From Flavobacteriaceae bacterium (GTDB lineage: Bacteria > Bacteroidota > Bacteroidia > Flavobacteriales > Flavobacteriaceae): DNA of 64,000 bases. Below the pieces are notes generated by a model. It had not been told where the DNA came from, searched no databases, and saw nothing but the letters and a program-made list of their open reading frames with translations. The stretch covers positions 1,144 through 65,143 of the forward strand of contig CBFIIL010000003.1 of NCBI GenBank assembly GCA_965662485.1, written 5' to 3'. This document shows positions 30,557 through 38,799 of this stretch, piece after piece. The position numbers and the translations under genes are program-made. Every line of letters starts with the position of its first letter. The stretch's first letter is position 1.

Positions 30557-30985
30557 TTGGTTTTAGATACAACACATTACGATAAAGAACATAAATTACT
30601 GATCAATGAATTTGTTGGTGAATCTTACAGCTTCTGGCAAGCCCTCAAGCGTGGAGGCATTGGCTCAAAACGAATGATTGTAGACAAGCTAAGCCCAAAC
30701 CTAAACTATATTTCAAATATCACATCCGATATAAATTATGCCAATATTGAGATAAGAAAAAAAGGAATCTTAATCCATATCACCAAAGGGCTTAAAAACT
30801 TTACCTGGGCCATACCATTTTATCAACTAGTTTTTTACAAAACAAACTTTACAAGTATTCATGCACAAGGGAAATTTATTCACTTTAGAAATTCAAAAAC
30901 TTTTAAAGAGAATAAATCTTTTTTTAGAAACTTGATGAATGAAAAGATAAATTTTGATCAACAGTACATTTTGCCTCAACTATGA
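30557..30985 (+). CDS. Hypothetical protein
   Basis: 142-aa ORF with TTG start, first gene after promoter copy 2, overlaps next gene. Confidence 0.7.
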   Translation: MVLDTTHYDKEHKLLINEFVGESYSFWQALKRGGIGSKRMIVDKLSPNLNYISNITSDINYANIEIRKKGILIHITKGLKNFTWAIPFYQLVFYKTNFTSIHAQGKFIHFRNSKTFKENKSFFRNLMNEKINFDQQYILPQL

Positions 30986-31254
30986 AACTCACAGCTGTTG
31001 AAATAGATAGAATAATTGAAATGGCGTGGGAAGACCGCACCACTTTTGATGCAATAAAATTCCAATTTGGGCTTTCAGAACAACAGGTTATTGAACTGAT
31101 GCGAAATCAAATGAAACCGAAAAGTTTCAGACATTGGCGCGCTAGAGTTCAAGGACGAAAAACAAAACATCAAAAATTGCGTGAATTTGAATCTGGTCGA
31201 TTTAAATGCACTAGACAACGAGCAATTTCCAATAACAAAATTTCAAAACGCTAA
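30982..31254 (+). CDS. TIGR03643/DUF2805 family protein
   Basis: RIIEMAWEDRTTFDAIKFQFGLSE...SFRHWRARVQGRKTKH. Confidence 0.85.
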   Translation: MKLTAVEIDRIIEMAWEDRTTFDAIKFQFGLSEQQVIELMRNQMKPKSFRHWRARVQGRKTKHQKLREFESGRFKCTRQRAISNNKISKR

Positions 31255-31262
31255 AAATTAAT

Positions 31263-31940
31263 ATGGATATAAAAAAAACAAATCATCTAAATGGAATTTC
31301 TCATTACGAAATTGGTGATGATCACCTCTACACTGGACTAGAAACTCCAATAAAAAAAGATGCTTTTCTGTTAAGTGACGAAGAAAAAAAGAAAAAAATT
31401 TCAATCCTTTTTGAGGAGATTATGAATGTTATTGGCTTAGATTTAGAAGATGATTCTTTGAAAGGAACTCCTGATCGTGTTGCTAAAATGTACATTGATG
31501 AAATCTTTTCTGGGTTAAACCCAAAAAATAAGCCTCAGATAGCTTTGTTTGATAACAAATATCAATACAATCAGATGTTGGTTGAGAAAAATATTACATT
31601 CTACTCTAACTGTGAACATCATTTTGTTCCCATAATAGGTAAAGCACATGTTGCTTACATTTCTTCTGGGAAAGTCATTGGATTATCTAAGCTAAACAGA
31701 ATAGTACAATTTTTTGCAAAACGTCCGCAAGTCCAAGAACGCTTAACTAATCAAATTGGTGAGGAATTGAAAAACATACTGGGAACCAATGATGTTGCAG
31801 TTATTATTGACGCCAAGCATCTCTGCGTTTCATCCAGAGGAATAAAAGACGAAACGTCATCAACAGTCACTGCCTTTTACAGTGGTGCATTTACCAACTC
31901 AGCAAAAATTGCAGAGCTCAATAATTATATAAATTCATAA
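31263..31940 (+). CDS. folE: GTP cyclohydrolase I
   Basis: TPDRVAKMY, SNCEHHFVP, GLSKLNR, RPQVQERLT, HLCVSSRG. Confidence 0.96.
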   Translation: MDIKKTNHLNGISHYEIGDDHLYTGLETPIKKDAFLLSDEEKKKKISILFEEIMNVIGLDLEDDSLKGTPDRVAKMYIDEIFSGLNPKNKPQIALFDNKYQYNQMLVEKNITFYSNCEHHFVPIIGKAHVAYISSGKVIGLSKLNRIVQFFAKRPQVQERLTNQIGEELKNILGTNDVAVIIDAKHLCVSSRGIKDETSSTVTAFYSGAFTNSAKIAELNNYINS

Positions 31941-31941
31941 T

Positions 31942-32166
31942 ATGAGTACAGTTCAAAAAGGAGAAGAATTTTTAAACAAAAGTTTGAAATTTAAAAATAC
32001 AAGCGAAAGAATTGAAGCCTCAAGAGAAGTAAAGGCTTTAATTCTAGGGATTAATGAAATTTACAAATCAAACAAGGATCCAAAATTGATGGATTTGATG
32101 AAAGACTTAACCCTAGTTAAACAAAAAATTGAAAAACGCTTAAAAGGAAGGCCTTTAACATCATGA
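31942..32166 (+). CDS. Small helical hypothetical protein
   Basis: 74-aa ORF tightly packed between folE and SDR gene. Confidence 0.65.
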   Translation: MSTVQKGEEFLNKSLKFKNTSERIEASREVKALILGINEIYKSNKDPKLMDLMKDLTLVKQKIEKRLKGRPLTS

Positions 32167-32846
32167 AAACAATCATTATTGTCGGTGGAAGTCGAGGGAT
32201 TGGTAGAGCAACTATTGAAGCGCTTTTGCCTAATTATAAGTTAATTAACATCAGTAGAAACGCACCAGATTTTGAACATGCAAATTTAACACATTACAAC
32301 TGTGATGTGATTTCAGACGATCTGCCAAATATTGAGAGTGCTGATGGTCTTATATATTGCCCTGGGAGCATAAACTTAAAGCCGTTCAAAAGATTAAGTT
32401 TAGAAGATTTTAGAAACGACTTTGAGATTAATGTTATTGGTGCAATAAAAAGTATTCAGGCCTATTCTCCTGCTCTTATAAAATCTGAATCTGGTTCAAT
32501 TGTGCTTTTTAGTACAGTAGCGACTGCAATGGGCATGCCTTTTCATGCAAGCGTTTCTACTGCAAAATCTGCTGTGGAAGGGCTTATGAAGTCTATTGCA
32601 GCAGACCTTGCTCCAAAAGTAAGGGTTAATGCTATTGCGCCAACAATCACACAAACAGATTTGGCTGCAAAATTGCTACGCAATGAACGTATGGTAGAAA
32701 ATACAATACAAAGACATCCCTTAAAAAAATTCTTGGAACCCGGCGAAGTTGCATCAATGGTTGAGTATTTAATTTCAGATGTATCAAAATCAATTTCAGG
32801 CCAAGTTTTTAAATTGGATTGTGGAATTGTATCCTTAAAAATTTAG
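32163..32846 (+). CDS. Short-chain dehydrogenase/reductase
   Basis: GGSRGIG Rossmann motif, VRVNAIAP; His in place of the usual catalytic Tyr (FHASVSTAK). Confidence 0.88.
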   Translation: MKTIIIVGGSRGIGRATIEALLPNYKLINISRNAPDFEHANLTHYNCDVISDDLPNIESADGLIYCPGSINLKPFKRLSLEDFRNDFEINVIGAIKSIQAYSPALIKSESGSIVLFSTVATAMGMPFHASVSTAKSAVEGLMKSIAADLAPKVRVNAIAPTITQTDLAAKLLRNERMVENTIQRHPLKKFLEPGEVASMVEYLISDVSKSISGQVFKLDCGIVSLKI

Positions 32847-32847
32847 T

Positions 32848-33390
32848 ATGAAGATTATAAAGCTATTAACAATTTTTTTATTCAGTATAAATCTAGCGAA
32901 AGCGCAATACAACAAAAAAATGAGTATTTACGATATTAATATTAATGCCTTAGATGGTACACAGGTAGACTTAAAAACATTTCAAGGAAAACATATTTTG
33001 TTTGTAAATGTTGCGTCTGAATGTGGTTTTACAAATCAATACGAAGGACTTCAAAAACTATATGATACCTATAAAGATGATTTGATGGTTATTGGTGTTC
33101 CTTGTAATCAATTTGGACAACAAGAACCTGGAAATTCAGAACAAATTCAATCGTTTTGTCAAAAAAATTATGGGGTCACTTTCTTGATGACTGAAAAAGT
33201 AAATGTAAAAGGAAAAGATAAGCATCCATTGTACGAATGGCTTACAAACAAAGACTTAAATGGAAAGAACAGTACCACAGTAAAATGGAATTTCCAAAAG
33301 TATGTTATTGGTCGAAACGGTGAATACATTGATTATTTTTATTCGATGACAAAACCAATGAGTAGTAAGATCACAAAATTAATTCAATAA
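32848..33390 (+). CDS. Glutathione peroxidase-family (Cys) peroxidase
   Basis: VNVASECGFT, PCNQFGQQEPG, KWNFQKY. Confidence 0.93.
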   Translation: MKIIKLLTIFLFSINLAKAQYNKKMSIYDININALDGTQVDLKTFQGKHILFVNVASECGFTNQYEGLQKLYDTYKDDLMVIGVPCNQFGQQEPGNSEQIQSFCQKNYGVTFLMTEKVNVKGKDKHPLYEWLTNKDLNGKNSTTVKWNFQKYVIGRNGEYIDYFYSMTKPMSSKITKLIQ

Positions 33391-33392
33391 AA

Positions 33393-33560
33393 ATGTTTGG
33401 ATTATTTAAAAGAAAAACTGAAACTGAAAAACTGCAAATTCGCTACAAAAAATTAATGGCAGAATGGCATAACCTATCATCAATAGACCGTGCAGCTAGT
33501 GATGAAAAATATGCTGAGGCACAGGAGGTTTTAACTCAAATTGAAAAATTAGAACAATAA
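33393..33560 (+). CDS. Small protein, Lacal_2735-like, 55 aa (not in ORF track)
   Basis: MFGLFKRKTETEKLQIRYKKLMAEWHNLSSIDRAASDEKYAEAQEVLTQIEKLEQ*; fills the gap, stop overlaps the tspO ATG. Confidence 0.82.
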   Translation: MFGLFKRKTETEKLQIRYKKLMAEWHNLSSIDRAASDEKYAEAQEVLTQIEKLEQ

Positions 33561-34021
33561 TGAAATTTACATCAACATTAATACTGTTTTTGGTTCTTAA
33601 TTTTGGAGCATTATGGATAGGCACAGTGTTGATGAATGATGGTCCACAATCTTTATGGTACACATCTCTAAATCAAGCACCGTGGACTCCAATGGGATGG
33701 GTGTTTGGAGCAGCTTGGACATGTGTCATGATTTTCTTTTCTGTATTCATGACTTTTCTTGTTCAAAATGAAAACCTAAAAAAAGTATCCTTATTGTTTG
33801 CCATACAATTTGTATTGAATGTTTCATGGAATTACGTTTTTTTTAATCAACACCTTACAGGTCTTGGGATTCTGATAATCATTCTTTTAACCATACTTAC
33901 ATTTTATTTCTTAATTGCATTCAAATCTACATTAAACAACAATCGTTTCTTTGTTCTACCCTATTGTTTATGGCTTCTCTTGGCCACATCTCTTAACGCT
34001 TATATTGTGATTTATAACTAG
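33560..34021 (+). CDS. tspO: TspO/MBR tryptophan-rich sensory protein
   Basis: WYTSLNQAPWTPMGWVFGAAW, LNVSWNYVFF, PYCLWLLLATSLN. Confidence 0.9.
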   Translation: MKFTSTLILFLVLNFGALWIGTVLMNDGPQSLWYTSLNQAPWTPMGWVFGAAWTCVMIFFSVFMTFLVQNENLKKVSLLFAIQFVLNVSWNYVFFNQHLTGLGILIIILLTILTFYFLIAFKSTLNNNRFFVLPYCLWLLLATSLNAYIVIYN

Positions 34022-34489
34022 ATGAAAATATATACACTACACACAAAACAGAATCTTCCGATTTCTGTAGATGAAGCTTGGCAGTTTTTGTCCAGTCCAG
34101 AAAATTTAAAAACTATAACACCAGATTATATGGGGTTCCATATTCTGTCTGGAGCTGATCGCGAAATGTTTCCTGGGCAAATCATCCAATACATTGTTAC
34201 ACCAGTTTTAGGAATAAAAACTAAATGGGTAACTGAAATAACACATGTTAAAAACAAAGCATACTTTGTAGACGAACAACGTTTTGGACCATACGCCTTG
34301 TGGCATCATAAACATTTTATTCGCCCTATTGAGGGTGGCGTTGAAATGGAAGATATTGTGGATTACAAGCTCCCATTTGGACTACTTGGCAGACTAGCGC
34401 ATCCTATTTTAGTAAAACCAAAATTGAAAGAAATTTTTGATTATCGTCACAAGAAACTTATTGAACTTTTTGGTCCGTATAAGTCATGA
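34022..34489 (+). CDS. SRPBCC (START/Bet v1-like) lipid-binding protein
   Basis: FLSSPENLKTITP, WVTEIT, FVDEQRFGPYALWHHKH, IFDYR. Confidence 0.87.
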   Translation: MKIYTLHTKQNLPISVDEAWQFLSSPENLKTITPDYMGFHILSGADREMFPGQIIQYIVTPVLGIKTKWVTEITHVKNKAYFVDEQRFGPYALWHHKHFIRPIEGGVEMEDIVDYKLPFGLLGRLAHPILVKPKLKEIFDYRHKKLIELFGPYKS

Positions 34490-35787
34490 ATCCAACAGCA
34501 CTATTTTGGTTTAGAAGAGATCTACGCTTACATGATCAACATGGGTTGTATAAGGCCCTAAAAAACCACAAAAGCGTACTTCTCATTTTTATTTTTGATC
34601 CTGAAATTCTTGACAATTTACCTGAAGATGACGCTAGAGTTGATTTTATTTATAATCAGATAAAAACACTCAACAATGCACTAGAAAAATACAATACTGC
34701 AATTCACACGTATTATGGAAAACCTTTGGATGTTTTTCAAAAATTGACCAAAGAGAACAACATTCAAGCCGTGTATGCCAACCATGATTATGAACCCTAT
34801 GCTCTCCAAAGAGACCAAAAAGTTGTTGACTTTCTTAAGGGGCATAAAATTGAATTCAAGACCTACAAAGACCAAGTAATTTTTGAAAAAAATGAGGTAA
34901 AAAAAGACGATGGCCTGCCCTACAAAGTATACACCCCCTACTCAAAAAAATGGTTGAATTTATTTAAAGAAGAATACGTTTCACCATACTGTAGTGAAAC
35001 ACTTTTAGAGCATTGCACAAAAATTGAAACTCCAAAATGGGTTGAAATGAACGTAATGGGTTTTGTACCTTCAAAAGTTAAAATCACTCCCTATACTATA
35101 GACAATAAGCTGATTGATTTATATGAAGAACAACGAAACACACCCTCAGTGGCAGGAACTTCAAGACTTGGACCACATCTACGCTTTGGAACTGTAAGTG
35201 TACGGGAAATCGTTTTAAAAGCAAGAAAAAGAGAAAATATCACTTTCCTAAAAGAACTCATTTGGCGAGAGTTTTTTATGCAAATACTATGGCATTTTCC
35301 ACATACGGTATCCAAAAGTTTTAAGCCACAATATGATGCTATACAGTGGAGAAATAACCAAGAAGAATTTGAAAAATGGTGTGCAGGCAGAACGGGTTAT
35401 CCTCTTGTAGACGCTGGCATACGAGAATTAAATGAAACAGGATTTATGCATAACAGAGTGCGAATGCTTGTAGGAAGTTTTTTATGTAAGCATTTACTGA
35501 TAGATTGGCGATGGGGAGAGGCCTACTTTGCCCAAAAACTTCATGATTTTGAATTATCAAGTAATGTAAGTAATTGGCAATGGGTAGCTGGTTGTGGTGT
35601 AGATGCTGCTCCATATTTTAGAATATTTAATCCCACAACACAAATTACAAAATTTGACAAAGAGCATAAATATATCAAAAAGTGGGTGCCTGAATATCAG
35701 AAATTTGATTACCCCTCTCCTATTGTAGACCATAAATTTGCCAGAGAAAGATGCTTGAAAACCTATAAAAAAGCTTTGAATAAATAG
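34486..35787 (+). CDS. phrB: Deoxyribodipyrimidine (CPD) photolyase
   Basis: WFRRDLRLHD, TSRLGPHLRFG, ELIWREF, TGYPLVDAG, MHNRVRM, DAAPYFRIFNP. Confidence 0.93.
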   Translation: MNPTALFWFRRDLRLHDQHGLYKALKNHKSVLLIFIFDPEILDNLPEDDARVDFIYNQIKTLNNALEKYNTAIHTYYGKPLDVFQKLTKENNIQAVYANHDYEPYALQRDQKVVDFLKGHKIEFKTYKDQVIFEKNEVKKDDGLPYKVYTPYSKKWLNLFKEEYVSPYCSETLLEHCTKIETPKWVEMNVMGFVPSKVKITPYTIDNKLIDLYEEQRNTPSVAGTSRLGPHLRFGTVSVREIVLKARKRENITFLKELIWREFFMQILWHFPHTVSKSFKPQYDAIQWRNNQEEFEKWCAGRTGYPLVDAGIRELNETGFMHNRVRMLVGSFLCKHLLIDWRWGEAYFAQKLHDFELSSNVSNWQWVAGCGVDAAPYFRIFNPTTQITKFDKEHKYIKKWVPEYQKFDYPSPIVDHKFARERCLKTYKKALNK

Positions 35788-35794
35788 AAATAAG

Positions 35795-37108
35795 CTACGT
35801 TTCTATGCGCTCAATTTTAGCACCAATGGCCTTTAGGCGTTCATCAATATTTTGATACCCCCTATCTATTTGTTCAATATTGTGAATTGTTGAAGTTCCT
35901 TTTGCTGAAAGAGCAGCAATAAGCAATGAAATACCTGCTCTAATATCTGGTGAGGTCATTGTTGTCGCTTTTAATTGAGACTTAAAATCGTGACCAATGA
36001 CAGAAGCTCTATGGGGATCACAAAGAATAACTTTTGCTCCCATATCGATTAGTTTGTCTACAAAAAACAAACGGCTTTCAAACATTTTTTGATGAATCAA
36101 TACACTACCGCGTGCTTGTGTGGCTATGACTAAAATAATACTCAAAAGATCGGGTGTAAATCCTGGCCATGGGGAATCAGAAATTGTTAAAATTGATCCG
36201 TCTATATAGTTTTGAACTTCATATCCGTCTTTGTGAGCAGGGATAAAAATATCGTCATCTTTTCGTTCTATTGTTATTCCTAATTTCCTAAAAACGTTTG
36301 GAATAACCCCCAAATCATCCCAACTTACATTTTTTATGGTAAGCTCACTTTTTGTCATTGCAGCAAGTCCAATCCAACTTCCAATTTCAATCATATCTGG
36401 CAGCATAGTGTGTTCTGTACCTTCAAGTGAATCTACACCATCAATGGTGAGAAGGTTAGATCCAATACCATTAATTTTTGCGCCCATTCTATTCAACATT
36501 TTGCAAAGTTGTTGCAAATATGGCTCACAAGCTGCATTGTAAATTGTAGTTGTCCCATTCGCCAATACAGCAGCCATAACAATATTGGCTGTTCCTGTAA
36601 CAGATGCTTCATCCAAAAGCATGTAAGTTCCTTGAAGTTGGTCGGATTCTACGCCATAAAAATGGTCTTCTTTGTTATATCGAAATGTTGCACCTAATTT
36701 TATAAAGCCATCAAAATGTGTGTCTAAACGTCTACGTCCAATTTTATCGCCTCCAGGTTTTGGTATATAGCCTTTCCCAAATCGGGTAAGCATAGGGCCT
36801 ACAATCATGATAGAGCCTCTTAGTCCTGCTCCATCAACTTTAAATTCCGCAGACTCAAGATACTTTAAATCGATTTTATTGGCTTGAAAAGTATATGAAC
36901 TTTCCGATAATTGCTCTATGGACACCCCTAATTTTCCTAACAAGGAAATAAGTTTGTTAACATCAATAATATTTGGAATATTGTGAATGGTAATTTTTTC
37001 CGAAGTAAGCAACACGGCACATAAAATCTGAAGTGCTTCGTTTTTTGCTCCTTGTGGTTGGATTGATCCCTTGAGTTGATGACCGCCTTCAATTTTAAAT
37101 GACTTCAA
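35795..37108 (-). CDS. murA: UDP-N-acetylglucosamine 1-carboxyvinyltransferase
   Basis: GAKNEAL, PGGDKIGRR (Asp at the fosfomycin-target Cys position), SVTGTAN, PDIRAG, IDRGY. Confidence 0.95.
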   Translation of the reverse strand: MKSFKIEGGHQLKGSIQPQGAKNEALQILCAVLLTSEKITIHNIPNIIDVNKLISLLGKLGVSIEQLSESSYTFQANKIDLKYLESAEFKVDGAGLRGSIMIVGPMLTRFGKGYIPKPGGDKIGRRRLDTHFDGFIKLGATFRYNKEDHFYGVESDQLQGTYMLLDEASVTGTANIVMAAVLANGTTTIYNAACEPYLQQLCKMLNRMGAKINGIGSNLLTIDGVDSLEGTEHTMLPDMIEIGSWIGLAAMTKSELTIKNVSWDDLGVIPNVFRKLGITIERKDDDIFIPAHKDGYEVQNYIDGSILTISDSPWPGFTPDLLSIILVIATQARGSVLIHQKMFESRLFFVDKLIDMGAKVILCDPHRASVIGHDFKSQLKATTMTSPDIRAGISLLIAALSAKGTSTIHNIEQIDRGYQNIDERLKAIGAKIERIET

Positions 37109-37154
37109 TGGATATTTTTTTTTGGTGGGTTAGTTTCTAATTTTATTTACCTTT

Positions 37155-37805
37155 TTAGTAACGCTTACGATTTCGATTATTCTTTTTCGATTTATGTGAT
37201 TTCTTGTAATTGTTCTTCTTGGTTTGCATTTTAATCAGTACTGATGAATCGGCCAATTTTTCTTCTGTTTTTCTTATATCAATAGTTCCATTAGACAATT
37301 CATAAAGATGATTTAAAATAACAACATCTTCAACAGTGTCCTTGTTCCAATTTAGGAAAGATTTTTTCATATGATTGGCAATGGTGATGACCAAAGCATT
37401 TTTCATATCGCCTTCATCCCAAGACGATGCCACATCAATCATTGTTTTAATATTGTTTCCATAAAAACGATACTTTGGATAATTTTGTGGATAGTGTAAT
37501 GGATCAGGCTTTGTATTTAAAATTTCCTCCGAAGGTTTTTCAAAAGGTGAATCGGCATCAAGTTTAAAACCAGACATGATAAAAAGCTGATCCCATAGTT
37601 TGTGCTGAAAATCAGGAACATCACGTAAATGTGGTTGCATATTACCCATAACAGAAATAATGGCTTTGGCCAGTCTATTTCTTTCATCTTTGGAGTCTTG
37701 AGCAACGGCATGATTTATCATTTTTTGGATATGTCTTCCATATTCTGGAATGATAAGATGTTCGCGCTCTGTATTGTATTCGAGTTGGTCTGTTAAGGAT
37801 GTCAT
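37155..37805 (-). CDS. DUF4290 domain protein
   Basis: LEYNTER, IPEYGRHIQ, KLWDQL; usual murA neighbour. Confidence 0.8.
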   Translation of the reverse strand: MTSLTDQLEYNTEREHLIIPEYGRHIQKMINHAVAQDSKDERNRLAKAIISVMGNMQPHLRDVPDFQHKLWDQLFIMSGFKLDADSPFEKPSEEILNTKPDPLHYPQNYPKYRFYGNNIKTMIDVASSWDEGDMKNALVITIANHMKKSFLNWNKDTVEDVVILNHLYELSNGTIDIRKTEEKLADSSVLIKMQTKKNNYKKSHKSKKNNRNRKRY

Positions 37806-37875
37806 TAAATAAATTTATGTTATTACGCTGCAAAGTACAAAAATTAAACAAAAAAGTGAATTATAAACTAAAGGA

Positions 37876-38169
37876 TTACAAAGAAATAACGCCTTCAACA
37901 TCACGGCTAATTAGCTTGTATTTTTCAATAACTGCCTCTGGATCTTTCATCACGACATGAATTGAAATACTTACATAGTTTCCTTTTTTTGATGCAGTGC
38001 TGTTAATAACAGCTCCCATATTATCAAAAACAGATTCTATTGCATCAACTTTATGTTGATCTGATGTAACGATAAATTTAAAAAGATAAGCTGTTGGCCA
38101 CGAAGATGTTTCGTAAAGCTGTGATTTTAATTTTGTATAAAATTCTTCCGAATTATTTGAACTTTGCAT
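37876..38169 (-). CDS. DUF493 (YbeD-like) protein
   Basis: WPTAYLFKFIV, SKKGNYVSIS, GVISL. Confidence 0.85.
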   Translation of the reverse strand: MQSSNNSEEFYTKLKSQLYETSSWPTAYLFKFIVTSDQHKVDAIESVFDNMGAVINSTASKKGNYVSISIHVVMKDPEAVIEKYKLISRDVEGVISL

Positions 38170-38262
38170 GATTACTAAGTTATGCTACAAATATACATCA
38201 ACTCATATTTTTTATTTAACTTTTAAATCACGAATTTTACAGAAATAAGACACATACGTTAG

Positions 38263-38793
38263 ATGCCAAAAAAAATAGCACTTATTGGTGGGCCTGCAAC
38301 AGGAAAAACAACTTTAATCAATGCTCTAAAAGCACAGGGTTATTATTGTATGGAAGAAATTTCAAGGCAAGTTACATTAGAGGCACAAAAAAATGGTATA
38401 GAACAACTGTTTTTAGAAGACCCCATATGGTTCAGCAAACAACTGTTAGGTGGTCGTAAAAAGCAATTTTTAGATGCTCAAAACTCACATGAACCAATTG
38501 TCTTCTTCGATCGTGGGCTTCCAGATATAGTGGCGTATTTAGACTATATAAATTCCGATTATGACCAAGAATTTATAACGGTTTGTGAAGTTCACAAATA
38601 CGATAAAATTTTTATTTTACCACCCTGGAAAGCTATTTACAAGACGGATAATGAACGTTATGAATCTTTTGATCAATTATTAGAAATTCAAGGTTATCTC
38701 AAAAAATGGTATTCCAAATTTGGTTATGAAATTATTGAGGTCAATATTGGACCAATCGAGGAGCGCATAAAATTTATTCTCAACAGAATTTAA
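38263..38793 (+). CDS. AAA_28/NadR-like P-loop ATPase
   Basis: GGPATGKTT, FFDRGLPD, DNERYE. Confidence 0.8.
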   Translation: MPKKIALIGGPATGKTTLINALKAQGYYCMEEISRQVTLEAQKNGIEQLFLEDPIWFSKQLLGGRKKQFLDAQNSHEPIVFFDRGLPDIVAYLDYINSDYDQEFITVCEVHKYDKIFILPPWKAIYKTDNERYESFDQLLEIQGYLKKWYSKFGYEIIEVNIGPIEERIKFILNRI

Positions 38794-38799
38794 AAACAA

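Noticed and set aside
35795-37108. MurA Cys-to-Asp substitution as acquired fosfomycin resistance
   Set aside because: To my knowledge this is the usual intrinsic state in Bacteroidota MurA, and the gene is in core context.
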